The notes beneath the pieces are model-generated. The model saw nothing but the letters and a program-made list of their open reading frames with translations. It had not been told where the DNA came from and searched no databases. This document shows, one piece after another, positions 36,481 to 46,954 of a stretch of DNA of 64,000 nucleotides. The translations under genes were made by a program, and so were the position numbers. Origin of the DNA: a virus (taxonomy: Duplodnaviria; Caudoviricetes); IMG/VR virus record IMGVR_UViG_3300032285_001531; one strand, given 5' to 3'. Every line of letters starts with the position of its first letter. Position 1 is the first letter of the stretch.

Positions 36481-37076
36481 GAGCAAGCGAGTTCATTACT
36501 GAAGATAGTAAGCCACAAATAGCATATGATGAATATGCTAGACAAATGGCTGAAAAGTATGGGATTCCACCTGGCATGGTTTTACATGCTATGAAGAAAG
36601 AAACAGGACACCTAGCTGATGATCCTGCAGCAAGAGCAACAGTTAGAGGTCCTAAAACTAAAAGTGGTGAACGTGCAGTAGGTGTTATGCAATTAATGCC
36701 TATAGCTGCAAAAGATGTAGGAGTTAAGGATCGTACTGATCCTTATGAAAATATACGAGGCGGTACAGAGTTGTTAGCCAAATACTACAATAGATATAGC
36801 AAAGATCCTACATTAGCATTAGCAGCATACAATGCAGGACCAACTGCTGTTGAAAAGTACGGCGGAATTCCACCATTCAAGCAAACCCAAAATTATGTAG
36901 CAGATTATGTACATGATGAAAGAACTATACCATCGGCACCGAAAGCTGATGATTCATGGACTAGTAAAATTTCAAATTATGTAAGTGATTTAGTATCTCC
37001 AAAACCATCAACCCCAGAACCAAAACCAGTTAAATCAAAGTCTGCTTATACTGACTTACCAACTTCTCAATATTAA
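36477..37076 (+). CDS. lytic transglycosylase (SLT domain)
   Basis: AMKKETG (catalytic Glu), GVMQLMP, NIRGG, LAAYNAGP. Confidence 0.9.
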   Translation: MRASEFITEDSKPQIAYDEYARQMAEKYGIPPGMVLHAMKKETGHLADDPAARATVRGPKTKSGERAVGVMQLMPIAAKDVGVKDRTDPYENIRGGTELLAKYYNRYSKDPTLALAAYNAGPTAVEKYGGIPPFKQTQNYVADYVHDERTIPSAPKADDSWTSKISNYVSDLVSPKPSTPEPKPVKSKSAYTDLPTSQY

Positions 37077-37136
37077 TGGGAGAATTATTTTTATACTAAG
37101 TATTGTTATAATGATAATTTTCCTGTACAATAAGAT

Positions 37137-37319
37137 ATGAGCAAAAAGAACAAAGATCACAAAAGGTATGAGGTTATCACCCAAGAAGATACCAACGGTG
37201 ATGTTCTTATCCCCATTCCTCCTGCACTATTAACAGAGTTGAAATGGGAACCAGGTGATGACATTGAGTTTAATGTCGATAAGACTGGTCGATTCATTCT
37301 TAAAAAGGTTGACAAATGA
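37137..37319 (+). CDS. AbrB/MazE-like DNA-binding protein
   Basis: GDVLIPIPPALLTELKWEPGDDIEF. Confidence 0.75.
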   Translation: MSKKNKDHKRYEVITQEDTNGDVLIPIPPALLTELKWEPGDDIEFNVDKTGRFILKKVDK

Positions 37320-37789
37320 GTATAACAACGATACCTCCATTAACTACATCAAATATTAAGCCTTTGACTGCTGCTGATTTATCCACTGTAGGGATTAATT
37401 CAGGAACATTAGGACATGTATACAATGGCACCGGTGGCGCCTATGGTATAGGATCACCTAACATAACATGGTCTGGCACAAGCTATCAACATCCTCAAAC
37501 TATAACACTAAATCCAAATCCAATTTCAAATGTATATACTAATGGTGCGATACAGAATTCTGGTACGATACAAGTAAAGGGTGATGCTGAGTTTGAAGGC
37601 AAGATTAAAGTAGGTGGAAAAGATTTAGTTGAGTTATTATCTAAGATAGAAGATAAATTAGCAATTTATAAACCTAATCCTGAACTAGAAGAAAAGTGGG
37701 AAGAACTACGTGAATTATCAAAACGTTATAAAGAACTAGAAGCTGAAATCAAAGAGAAAGAACAAGTGTGGGACATCCTCAAAAAATGA
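37316..37789 (+). CDS. hypothetical phage protein
   Basis: C-terminal NPELEEKWEELRELSKRYKELE coiled coil. Confidence 0.7.
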   Translation: MSITTIPPLTTSNIKPLTAADLSTVGINSGTLGHVYNGTGGAYGIGSPNITWSGTSYQHPQTITLNPNPISNVYTNGAIQNSGTIQVKGDAEFEGKIKVGGKDLVELLSKIEDKLAIYKPNPELEEKWEELRELSKRYKELEAEIKEKEQVWDILKK

Positions 37790-37791
37790 TG

Positions 37792-37820
37792 TTGACACTT
37801 AATCATTTTGGTAGTAGAAT
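37792..37820 (+). promoter_or_regulatory. sigma70-like early promoter
   Basis: TTGACA-17-TAGAAT with ATCATTTTGG spacer. Confidence 0.7.
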
Positions 37821-37850
37821 CATAATACAGTCAACTACTTCAATATTACT

Positions 37851-38240
37851 ATGACAATGCATCTAGCACATCCTGCACTCACTACAATGGGCAAGCGTAA
37901 GGGTAAACACAAATGGGCTTCTTCTGAGCAAAAGCGTAAAGCAGAGCAATTAGACCGTGAGTGGAAAGACTTGCAGGATAAATGGAAAATTGACGCTGAA
38001 GATAAAAAGCGCAGTCGTGCATTGAAGTCTAAGCCTTATATTCCTCCTAAAAATCCAAGACTAGCAGAGATACGTAATCTGCCTAGTGTTGATACAGGTC
38101 ACACTGGTGCTGTCACTATTAGACAAACACCAAAATACACAGGTGACAAAATCATTGGTATCGGTACTATGCATAAAAGTAATGCTGTGCCTATTTTTAC
38201 TGATGAAGCAGCAAAAGACATTAGTAAAATGAGGAGATAA
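37851..38240 (+). CDS. conserved phage hypothetical protein
   Basis: [22 protein letters not shown] motif. Confidence 0.75.
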   Translation: MTMHLAHPALTTMGKRKGKHKWASSEQKRKAEQLDREWKDLQDKWKIDAEDKKRSRALKSKPYIPPKNPRLAEIRNLPSVDTGHTGAVTIRQTPKYTGDKIIGIGTMHKSNAVPIFTDEAAKDISKMRR

Positions 38241-38455
38241 TGGCTAAAGAAGAAGGATTAAAAATTGATGGTAAAGTCATCGATGTATTACCAAATGCAA
38301 TGTTTAGGGTTGAATTACCGAACAAGCAGTTGATTATTGGTTACATATCAGGTAAAATGCGCAAGCATGACATCAAGATTCTACTAGGAGACACGGTAGA
38401 AGTAGAGTTCAGTCCATATGACTTAACTAGAGGCCGAATCACACGCCGCAGATAA
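38240..38455 (+). CDS. infA: translation initiation factor IF-1
   Basis: [16 protein letters not shown]...[27 protein letters not shown]. Confidence 0.95.
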   Translation: MAKEEGLKIDGKVIDVLPNAMFRVELPNKQLIIGYISGKMRKHDIKILLGDTVEVEFSPYDLTRGRITRRR

Positions 38456-38463
38456 ATATTCTA

Positions 38464-39018
38464 ATGCGTGATATCATTACATTACTTGAGGATAAGAACA
38501 AACCTCAAGACATCGAAATAATTAATCTAAACTTTGAACCAAAAGACGTAAGCCCTGTCCTCAGCAAGGATACAATAGACTTACACTATGGTAAACTAGC
38601 CCATGGGTATGCAGAAAGATACAACAAGGGTGAAGGTGATCCTGATTTCAATTATGCAGGTGCATTTTTGCACAATACACTTTTCCCACAGTTCCGTGAA
38701 GTTCGTAATGATAACAAGCCTAATGGCCCTATGCTAGGATTCATCAAAAAACACTTTGGTGGATACGACAATATGAAGGATAAGTTTGAAGAAGAAGCTA
38801 TGAAGTTACAGGGTAGTAATTGGATTTATCTAGCGCACAATGGTACCATCAAAACAATCAAAAACCATGAAGTACGTAATGATATACTATTGTTAATTGA
38901 CTGGTGGGAACATGCATGGATCCTTGACTACGGCACAGATAAGAAAAAGTATCTAAAAGAACAGTGGAAGATCATCAACTGGAACGTCATCAACACACGT
39001 TGGGGCAAAAGTCTTTAA
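38464..39018 (+). CDS. sod: Fe/Mn superoxide dismutase
   Basis: DLHYGK, FLHN, DWWEHAW: all four metal ligands present. Confidence 0.85.
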   Translation: MRDIITLLEDKNKPQDIEIINLNFEPKDVSPVLSKDTIDLHYGKLAHGYAERYNKGEGDPDFNYAGAFLHNTLFPQFREVRNDNKPNGPMLGFIKKHFGGYDNMKDKFEEEAMKLQGSNWIYLAHNGTIKTIKNHEVRNDILLLIDWWEHAWILDYGTDKKKYLKEQWKIINWNVINTRWGKSL

Positions 39019-39056
39019 ATATAATGGTCAAGCACGTAGTCAATAAATATTAGACT

Positions 39057-39755
39057 ATGTATACCGATCAAAAAATCAAAGTAGTAGTCGCTACCGAATA
39101 TTCACAAGAAGATTTTAAGCAGAAAGCTGAAACTGCTAAATCACTAATGGCTACAAATCAGAAAAATATCCAGATTCATATTGCCACCAATAATAAATCT
39201 AGTTTAGGTGAAGTATATAATAACATAATTGAACAGAGTTTAGATGAAGATTATATTATTGTGTTCATGCATGACGATGTTATGATACTTGATTACTTCT
39301 GGCCATTAAGGGTTACGGAAGCATTAAAGAAATATGACGTTGTTGGATTAGCAGGAAATATAAAGAGAGTTGACTATCAACCCGCATGGGGACATTTAAT
39401 CAAAGAAAGTGGATTTGTTTGGGATGAAAATACAAACCTAACTGGTACTGTTGCGCACGGTCAAAACTGGTACCCAAACAATATCAACTATTATGGTCCT
39501 AGCGATCAAGAAGTAAAACTCTTAGATGGAGTGTTCTTAGCAGCACATAGTAACACATTAAAACAATCAGGACTACGATTCGACCCACAGTTTGACTTTC
39601 ATTTCTATGACATGGACTTCTGTAGACAAGCAGAATTAAAGAATCTAAAGATGGGTACATTTCCACTAGCCATAATTCATGCAGGGACAGGGTCATTAGG
39701 TACTGCTGAATGGAGTAAGAATTTTCGCAAGTATGCAGATAAGTATACAAAATAA
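39057..39755 (+). CDS. glycosyltransferase family 2-like protein
   Basis: YN..IE, FMHDDV, VGLAG, LDGVFLA, FHFYDMDFC. Confidence 0.75.
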   Translation: MYTDQKIKVVVATEYSQEDFKQKAETAKSLMATNQKNIQIHIATNNKSSLGEVYNNIIEQSLDEDYIIVFMHDDVMILDYFWPLRVTEALKKYDVVGLAGNIKRVDYQPAWGHLIKESGFVWDENTNLTGTVAHGQNWYPNNINYYGPSDQEVKLLDGVFLAAHSNTLKQSGLRFDPQFDFHFYDMDFCRQAELKNLKMGTFPLAIIHAGTGSLGTAEWSKNFRKYADKYTK

Positions 39756-39763
39756 GGAGTTAT

Positions 39764-40093
39764 ATGAATCTACAAGTATCAGAAAATGCCATAAAGAAAT
39801 TACATGAAATAGTAGAGGAGGAAAATGATCCTGCGCTAAGACTACGTATATTTGTACAAGGCGGTGGCTGTTCGGGTATGCAATATGGATTCACACTAGA
39901 TAATGAACAAAATGAAGATGACTTTGCAATTCCAGCAGGATCATTGAGTGTATTAATTGACAGTATTTCGGCACAATACTTAGAAAATGCTAGTATTGAC
40001 TACAGTGAAGATGTATACGGATCCAGCTTTAAAATCATTAATCCTAATGCTCAGACTACTTGTGGGTGTGGTTCTAGCTTTAATCCCTATTAA
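39764..40093 (+). CDS. erpA: Fe-S cluster insertion protein (ErpA/IscA, HesB family)
   Basis: LRIFVQGGGCSGMQYGF, CGCGSSF. Confidence 0.88.
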   Translation: MNLQVSENAIKKLHEIVEEENDPALRLRIFVQGGGCSGMQYGFTLDNEQNEDDFAIPAGSLSVLIDSISAQYLENASIDYSEDVYGSSFKIINPNAQTTCGCGSSFNPY

Positions 40094-40123
40094 AGTAAGA
40101 TAAATACTAGATGAGGGACTAAA

Positions 40124-42307
40124 ATGCCTATACAAGGACAAGCAAATATCAACATTGGAGCACAGAATTCAGTCGCAAATAGCGATTCATTATTCACGGC
40201 TTTTAATAAAATACAGAATAATTTCACTACACTTTTCACAACCGCAAGTAACTACAATACTTTTGTTGGAAATAATGGAATAGCTACTGAGTCAACTAGT
40301 TCAACCGGTACACTCAAAATCACAAATACTGGCGTTATTAATGTAATAGCGGGAACTGGTATTACAGTAAACAGTGCCAACGGAAACGTTATAATCAGTA
40401 TGTCAGGTGACGGGACTGGTAATTTAGTGGCAGGTGTTACCAATGTTGCATTAGTTACTAATACATTAGAAATTACAGGTAGTCCTATAGTAAGTGCTGG
40501 AATTATGACAGTTGATTTGCCATTACTTCCTGCATTAGTACCCGGTCAATATGCTACACCAGTAATGTCAGTAGATGAATATGGTCGTGTAACACAAATT
40601 GCAAATTCAAGTATTGCTGGTACTGTTACTTCAGTTGCAGTAAGTGGTGGCAATGGTATTTCTATAACAGGCAGTCCGATAACATCAAATGGTACAATAA
40701 CTGTAACTAATACAGGTGTGACTAGAATTAATCCAGGTCCCGGTATTGTAGTAACTGATAACACCGGTGAACTAACAATTTCTGCAAAATTATCAAGCGG
40801 CACAGTATCACAAGTTAGTGTGTCTAGTACCACATTAACTATTACAAACCCAACAATAACTACAGCAGGTACTATTACCATTGACTTACCTACTAATATA
40901 AGCATAGTTGGTAATATAACTAATTCTGGTAATACAATAACATACGGCAACATCACAGGTAACAGAAATGTGCAGATAACTGGGAATCTGACAGCTAATG
41001 GTAATATTTCTGTAGCAGGAAACTTAGTAGCATCAACTCCAGATAATATCAAGATTGGTGGAGGTACATCAAGTTATTTCTTACAAACAGACGGTGGCGG
41101 CAATCTAAGTTGGCAACCAGCTCCGGGTGCAGTTGGAACTACAACTGCTGCTGCAGGTAGTAACACACAAGTACAATTTAATAATGCAGGTGCAATTGGT
41201 GCTAATGCTGGCTTTACTTTTGATAAAGTTACAGGAGTTTTTACTGCTCCTAAACTATCAGGTAACGGTGCTAGTGTAACTGGAGTATTATCTGCTAATA
41301 ACGCAAACTTTGCCGGATCAGTTACTGGTGCTACCCAAAGCAATATCACAACTGTTGGTAACTTGGTTAACTTATCTGTAGTTGGAAACATTAGAGCAAA
41401 TGGTAACGTAGTTGCATTAGGTACTATATCATCAACTGGTGCTATGTATGCACTGACTCCTAGTAATTCAATAAGTAACACGACAGTTGCTACTACAGAA
41501 TTTGTAAACAATGTTATATTAACTAAAGCTCCATTAAATAGTCCAATCTTTACTGGAATTCCACAAGCTCCTGAAGTTGCAAATATAGCAAACGTTATAT
41601 TCCCAAGTTCACAAATTGCTACATTGAATTTCGTAAAAGATTTTAACGCTAATAAAGCTCCTTTAACAAGTCCGAGTTTTAATGGTATTCCACTAACACC
41701 TGATGTCACATTAGCAAATGCCGTTACTGCACCAGCCAATCAAATTTCTACAATTAATTTTGCAAGAAACTATGCTAACAGCGTAGCAAGTAACTCTAGC
41801 TTCCAAACTTCAGGTACATTAGGTAGTGCTAGATTACCTTCAGGAACAATATTACAAGTTCAGATGGCAGTAAGTGGTCCGGCAAGACAACAAATTAATA
41901 CCACTCTTAATGTTGCAGTATTAGGTCTTAAAATTAACTTTACACCGTTATCAGCTACTAGCAGAATTATCATAGATTGTGTTATTAGTGCAACTCCTAC
42001 TTATGTTCAGGGTTTTGGAGTATACAAAGACGGAGTTCCTACAGTTAATAATAATGTTGGTGGCATAGCTCCTTGGACTGCTGGTTTTCAGGTTACTAGT
42101 TTTATAGGTGTTAGTACTGCATCTGATTGGATAATGCAAGTTCCATTTAAACATACTGAAATATCAGGATCTATTGTACCTAGAATTTATGAAGTTTATG
42201 CCGGATCTCATTGGCTTGGAGTAGCATATGATATGTATATCAATAACAGAAAATCAAACGATATGGCCAGCTTCAGTTATATGACAATCTATGAAGTAGC
42301 AGTGTAA
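40124..42307 (+). CDS. tail fibre / baseplate-associated structural protein
   Basis: gp9/gp10-like N-terminus INIG...DSLFTAFNKIQNNF; G/N/T beta-repeats; APL.SP.F.GIP repeats. Confidence 0.7.
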   Translation: MPIQGQANINIGAQNSVANSDSLFTAFNKIQNNFTTLFTTASNYNTFVGNNGIATESTSSTGTLKITNTGVINVIAGTGITVNSANGNVIISMSGDGTGNLVAGVTNVALVTNTLEITGSPIVSAGIMTVDLPLLPALVPGQYATPVMSVDEYGRVTQIANSSIAGTVTSVAVSGGNGISITGSPITSNGTITVTNTGVTRINPGPGIVVTDNTGELTISAKLSSGTVSQVSVSSTTLTITNPTITTAGTITIDLPTNISIVGNITNSGNTITYGNITGNRNVQITGNLTANGNISVAGNLVASTPDNIKIGGGTSSYFLQTDGGGNLSWQPAPGAVGTTTAAAGSNTQVQFNNAGAIGANAGFTFDKVTGVFTAPKLSGNGASVTGVLSANNANFAGSVTGATQSNITTVGNLVNLSVVGNIRANGNVVALGTISSTGAMYALTPSNSISNTTVATTEFVNNVILTKAPLNSPIFTGIPQAPEVANIANVIFPSSQIATLNFVKDFNANKAPLTSPSFNGIPLTPDVTLANAVTAPANQISTINFARNYANSVASNSSFQTSGTLGSARLPSGTILQVQMAVSGPARQQINTTLNVAVLGLKINFTPLSATSRIIIDCVISATPTYVQGFGVYKDGVPTVNNNVGGIAPWTAGFQVTSFIGVSTASDWIMQVPFKHTEISGSIVPRIYEVYAGSHWLGVAYDMYINNRKSNDMASFSYMTIYEVAV

Positions 42308-42350
42308 TTTCCTCCCATTTCAGCTAAATACTGAATAAAGGAGCAAAACG

Positions 42351-45194
42351 ATGGCTATACCAACCCCACAACAGACAATTATCAGCACAGGGACTGACCC
42401 TGCGTTGGCCACATATGGAAACGCACTAAATTCTGCGGCATATGTTTCTAATGGAAATGTTACTTACAACATTACCCAGATAGAACAAACGGTCCAAAAT
42501 ACTACCCTAACTAACAATTTCAACAATACTGCCGGAGGATCCGGCGGACAAGTTCAATTCAACGTCAATGGTGTGTTGACCGGTGATGCTGGCTTCATCT
42601 ACAATCCTAATAATGACACAGTAGTTGTTTCAGGAAATGTACTTACTGGCTCAATCAGTGCAACTGCTAATATTACTAGTGCAGGAAATATAAGCGCAAA
42701 CATTGTCAATGCAGCTAATTTAAGAACCGATCATCTACAACATGCAAACGGTGACTCCTATGTTTTCACTGCTGTAACAGGCAACATCACTTTTGATGAA
42801 GAAAACATCATAAGCACTGGCAATATGTATCTACAGCCAAATGACGCTAGTGCAAGTGCAGTTGACATTTATCTAACTGGAAGTAATGATGTTCATATGG
42901 CAACTAGTGCATCAGGTGATATGCTTTATGTAGGTGGAGATAATCAATATGTACGTTTAAACTCAACTGGTAATGTTGACATTCAATCATATGATTCAGG
43001 CACAGATACAACAAATACATGGAACTTTAATAATAACGGTCAGTTAGTATTTCCATATGGCGGAATTATTGGTCCAGACGGTGGAGAGAGTTTAATAGTC
43101 AATGCTAAAGATGGTGTAGCAATGTATTCTAGTAACAGTTTAGTAAGCACTGGTGCATTAGATTTATCTGCAGTATTTACTAATACTAATAACAATGATT
43201 TACCTGGTGTTGAAATTTGGGCTAGAGCAAAAGGAAATGCTACTAGTACATGGACGTTCAGTAAAGACGGGATAATGGCTTTCCCAAATAATCGAATCAA
43301 TGTTGGTGCTGAAAGTATTGATATCGTAAGTAGCAACTATAGCGAATTATTATTTGAAAATAGTGATGCAGCAAATGCAGCAAATGGTGACGGTATTACT
43401 TCATACATATATATTGAAGGGAATCAAGCAGGTACCGGAATTGAAACAAAGAACGGAGAGAATTATTACTGGTATAATTACAGTGACGGAACTGCTGTTT
43501 TCCCTGCAGGAATTTCAATCGAAAACAACTACAAACAATATTTTAATGTTATAGTTAACACTAATACTGGTTCAGGCATCAATCTTCGAATTAATATTAA
43601 TGTTACTGCTGCAGGTGAAATGATTATTGTAGGCATAGCAAACGGTGGTAGCGGATATGTTGTCGGTGATAGTGTTTTTGTTTTAGGTACTGCAATTAAT
43701 GGTACAAATTTACTTAATGATGTATACATGACCGTTGCTGCAGTTAATGGAAGTGGTACAATTACAAGCACTGGTGGGTTAACAATTGATACAACATATA
43801 CTCATCCACTAGACGGTGTTAAGTTTGCAGGTGGAGGTGTAGTATCTGGTACTGATGCTAACGGTAATGTAACTATTCAAACTTTTGATAGTGAAGGCCC
43901 TACCAGTTACAATTATGCGTTTACTAATCAAGGCACATTAGAAGCTTATGATAATTTTTATATCAAAAGTCCAAGTTTTGTTGACATGCTTTGGTATAAT
44001 GATAATGTAGTTGGATCTAAAAAGGTAGGTGATTCTGACACTACTGGATTCCATGCTCAAGATAATACTGCTACAATATATGGTTCATTATACAATGCAG
44101 GAAGCACTGAATGGAATTTTTCAAATGATGGTACATTGTCAGCTCCTGGTTCAATTCATATGAACGGAGACGGTAGATATTTTCAAGTTAGCGTAACTAG
44201 TGATACTGGATCTGGTGCTAATCTTCAAGTATTGGTTTATGTTAATCTTGCGGGAACTGTTAGTATCTCATCTATTAGTAACGGTGGACAATATTACAAC
44301 GTCGGTGATGTATTATTCATAGACGGTAGTTTAATTGGTGGCCATGAAATAGCTAATCAAATTAATATTGAAGTTATCGGAACAGGTACCGGTGGTGTTA
44401 TTGAAGGTACAGGTCAATTGACAATCACAAGCGGTATTGGTCCTAGATCAGGAGTAGAATTCAATAATTTTGCTGCAGTTCAAACTGATGACAATGCTAA
44501 CGGTAATTTAGTTTTCCAATCATTTAATACAAATACAGAAGAATTTTACTATTCAACATTTGATAATACAGGTAATCTATCTGTTCCAGGTGAAATTCAT
44601 TTAATAAATGACAATGCACACGGTGGTGCAGGTTATGCAGGAATGATAACATTTGAAAATACAACCAGTGGTGCGACCAACACTAAGAAATTTGTACGCA
44701 TGAATAGTACTGGTAATCTTGAAATTATCAATAATGGATACTCTACAACTTTATTATCATTATCTGATAGCGGTAACTTGAGCATTTATGGTAATGCTAA
44801 TGTAGGTAATTTAGGTACTACTACTGCTATTATCACTACAGGTAACATCACTACTGTTAATACTGGCTTAGTTCAGAATGGAAACTCAAACGTAACTATT
44901 ACTGCTAACGCAAATATTACACTAACTGCTACAAGCAATGCTACAATGGTTATCACTGGTACAGGTGCTAACGTAACTGGTTACGCTAATATATCAGGTA
45001 ATGTCAGTGCAGGTAATGTTTCAGGGGCAATTACTCTCGCTACACTAGCATTAAAAATGCCAGTATATGCAGATGCTACTGCTAGAGATGCAGCTATTAC
45101 TTCTCCGACTGCAGGTATGATAATTTATAATACTGGTTCAGGAAATGTGCAAGTTTATAGTGGTTCTGCTTGGGGTAATATAACTGTATCATAA
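42351..45194 (+). CDS. tail fibre / adhesin-like structural protein
   Basis: GGSGGQVQFN..G...GDAGF fibre motif; N/G/T-rich; duplicated internal module. Confidence 0.7.
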   Translation: MAIPTPQQTIISTGTDPALATYGNALNSAAYVSNGNVTYNITQIEQTVQNTTLTNNFNNTAGGSGGQVQFNVNGVLTGDAGFIYNPNNDTVVVSGNVLTGSISATANITSAGNISANIVNAANLRTDHLQHANGDSYVFTAVTGNITFDEENIISTGNMYLQPNDASASAVDIYLTGSNDVHMATSASGDMLYVGGDNQYVRLNSTGNVDIQSYDSGTDTTNTWNFNNNGQLVFPYGGIIGPDGGESLIVNAKDGVAMYSSNSLVSTGALDLSAVFTNTNNNDLPGVEIWARAKGNATSTWTFSKDGIMAFPNNRINVGAESIDIVSSNYSELLFENSDAANAANGDGITSYIYIEGNQAGTGIETKNGENYYWYNYSDGTAVFPAGISIENNYKQYFNVIVNTNTGSGINLRININVTAAGEMIIVGIANGGSGYVVGDSVFVLGTAINGTNLLNDVYMTVAAVNGSGTITSTGGLTIDTTYTHPLDGVKFAGGGVVSGTDANGNVTIQTFDSEGPTSYNYAFTNQGTLEAYDNFYIKSPSFVDMLWYNDNVVGSKKVGDSDTTGFHAQDNTATIYGSLYNAGSTEWNFSNDGTLSAPGSIHMNGDGRYFQVSVTSDTGSGANLQVLVYVNLAGTVSISSISNGGQYYNVGDVLFIDGSLIGGHEIANQINIEVIGTGTGGVIEGTGQLTITSGIGPRSGVEFNNFAAVQTDDNANGNLVFQSFNTNTEEFYYSTFDNTGNLSVPGEIHLINDNAHGGAGYAGMITFENTTSGATNTKKFVRMNSTGNLEIINNGYSTTLLSLSDSGNLSIYGNANVGNLGTTTAIITTGNITTVNTGLVQNGNSNVTITANANITLTATSNATMVITGTGANVTGYANISGNVSAGNVSGAITLATLALKMPVYADATARDAAITSPTAGMIIYNTGSGNVQVYSGSAWGNITVS

Positions 45195-45213
45195 TTAATA
45201 TAAAGCAATAACT

Positions 45214-45241
45214 AAAAAAGCCCCTTAATTGGGGCTTTTTT
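45214..45241. terminator. bidirectional intrinsic terminator
   Basis: AAAAAAGCCCC-TTAATT-GGGGCTTTTTT between convergent gene blocks. Confidence 0.85.
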
Positions 45242-45458
45242 ATTTTAAGCGTTGTAACATGAACTCTGCATATTTACTTTCACACATTGATATTATATCC
45301 GTAAACGGCCATTCTAAATAGAAAGGACACCTATCTTTCCATCTATAGTTCTGTTTGAAATATTTAAATTCTTCCAAATCATTACGATTAGCCGGATCAA
45401 AATAACGTCTGCGTTGTGCAAACTTATGAAGTATTGTTATACTATCAATGCAAATCAT
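45240..45458 (-). CDS. conserved phage hypothetical protein
   Basis: RRRYFDP.N..DL...KYF...W...CPFYLEWP. Confidence 0.7.
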   Translation of the reverse strand: MICIDSITILHKFAQRRRYFDPANRNDLEEFKYFKQNYRWKDRCPFYLEWPFTDIISMCESKYAEFMLQRLK

Positions 45459-45460
45459 GT

Positions 45461-45649
45461 TTAGCTACGTTCAATGGCAGTAGCTTCTTTGATAAGTGTG
45501 GTTACTTCATCAAGTGATGCACAAAGAATCTTTACGTTAGACCAATCATCATCATGGTCACGTCCAGATATCTCAAACAAGAAACCATTATCATACATCT
45601 GAATGGTTACTGTTTCATCTACCTTCATTAGTTTATCGTTAATCTTCAT
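45461..45649 (-). CDS. hypothetical phage protein
   Basis: AGGAG RBS; YDNGFLFEISGRD..DDW. Confidence 0.7.
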   Translation of the reverse strand: MKINDKLMKVDETVTIQMYDNGFLFEISGRDHDDDWSNVKILCASLDEVTTLIKEATAIERS

Positions 45650-45701
45650 TTAATACTCCTAGAAAGAATATAGGACATCCTAAAATGTCCTATCATATTT
45701 A

Positions 45702-46052
45702 TTACTGTTCAACCGCAGTCTTAGTTTTTGCACGTGCTTGGATGTCGCTGAGGCTAGGCTTACTTGCCTTAACCTTAACTTCACCTTTCTTAGCATCTTT
45801 TTCACGATCAGCGATACAATCACTAATCAATGCCTGATCATTGGCACTTTGAAAATCTGCATGTGCAGCAAGATAACGCAATGCTTCAAGTTTAGTCATT
45901 GCATTCGGGAGTTCAATCAAATCGATGCGTGATGCACCACCTTTAGTAAACTGCTTAACACGACGGATAAGGTCATCAGTAAAACGAACCTTAGAATTAC
46001 CATTGTGAGTTGTAATGCCTGCTACCTTAAAAAGCTGATTAGTATCTGCCAT
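45702..46052 (-). CDS. conserved phage hypothetical protein
   Basis: GAGG RBS; KVAG.T...G..KVRFTDD. Confidence 0.75.
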   Translation of the reverse strand: MADTNQLFKVAGITTHNGNSKVRFTDDLIRRVKQFTKGGASRIDLIELPNAMTKLEALRYLAAHADFQSANDQALISDCIADREKDAKKGEVKVKASKPSLSDIQARAKTKTAVEQ

Positions 46053-46157
46053 AAATTACCTCATAAAAATTAAAGTTAATAAAAAACACTGATTGCTCAG
46101 TCTATATATGATAACACCATTTGTGTTTATTGTCAACAATTGGTATGACCAAATTCA

Positions 46158-46301
46158 TTACACATTACCCAAAAGAACTGCCCGTCCAAGAGGACTAGAA
46201 CCTTCAGCTAATGATACTGCATTATACCATGTATCTGCTTGGATAACAATATCCATCCATTTAGATTCAGATATAAACACACGTACACGAAATCCATTCA
46301 T
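46158..46301 (-). CDS. small hypothetical protein (47 aa)
   Basis: not in ORF track; AGGAG RBS, ATGA coupling. Confidence 0.55.
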   Translation of the reverse strand: MNGFRVRVFISESKWMDIVIQADTWYNAVSLAEGSSPLGRAVLLGNV

Positions 46302-46447
46302 TTTACTTCTCCTAATGGTTTATTAAGTTGATTCAAGTCATCAGCACATTTTCTAACAGTTTCACTTAATGTACCTGTACCAATTTCTTTTTCTATCAAT
46401 CGTGCGATATTATGTAGTTGCATAACTGCATCAGTTAGTTCATTCAT
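46298..46447 (-). CDS. small hypothetical protein (49 aa)
   Basis: not in ORF track; ATGA coupling on both sides. Confidence 0.55.
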   Translation of the reverse strand: MNELTDAVMQLHNIARLIEKEIGTGTLSETVRKCADDLNQLNKPLGEVK

Positions 46448-46953
46448 TTCAATGGACCTCTAATTTCAATCAAGGGTATTGTAGATGCCCAAAGATTAGT
46501 GTTTATTAAAAATTCAAATGTACTTAATATTTCTTCTTTGCTAATTCTGTCACAATATACAGTTTGCGGAGTATTAAATAATTCTGCTGGATTAATCAGT
46601 GTATGTTTGACGCTAGACCTAGTTAACAATAATTGTTCATTTAATCTAACCAATTTATTTTTAACATGATACTGGTCATTTATCCGATAACTCATGCTAC
46701 CTACTGTAATAAAATAAGTGCTTAAATTTTTATCACTATGATACTTTACCATCTGAGCAACAACATCATATTGATCATCGTTCGGAAGACAATTTATAAC
46801 AATAGAAAATTTTTCACTAAGTTCTAATATAGGTTGAATATTGACACTATCATATCCATTGCTGCGTCCTATACCTTGTGCATTAAATTTATTAACTATC
46901 TCTAGCCCAAGGCCTTTAGTTCCGCCTATGACTAAAATTTTATCATTGTTCAT
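46444..46953 (-). CDS. short-chain dehydrogenase-like Rossmann protein (truncated)
   Basis: ILVIGGTKGLG, INC, ITVGS, YxxxK degenerate. Confidence 0.6.
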   Translation of the reverse strand: MNNDKILVIGGTKGLGLEIVNKFNAQGIGRSNGYDSVNIQPILELSEKFSIVINCLPNDDQYDVVAQMVKYHSDKNLSTYFITVGSMSYRINDQYHVKNKLVRLNEQLLLTRSSVKHTLINPAELFNTPQTVYCDRISKEEILSTFEFLINTNLWASTIPLIEIRGPLK

Positions 46954-46954
46954 A

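Noticed and set aside
37137-37789. AbrB/MazE-like gene as the antitoxin of a TA pair
   Set aside because: The downstream ORF shows no toxin motifs; a stand-alone regulator is more likely.
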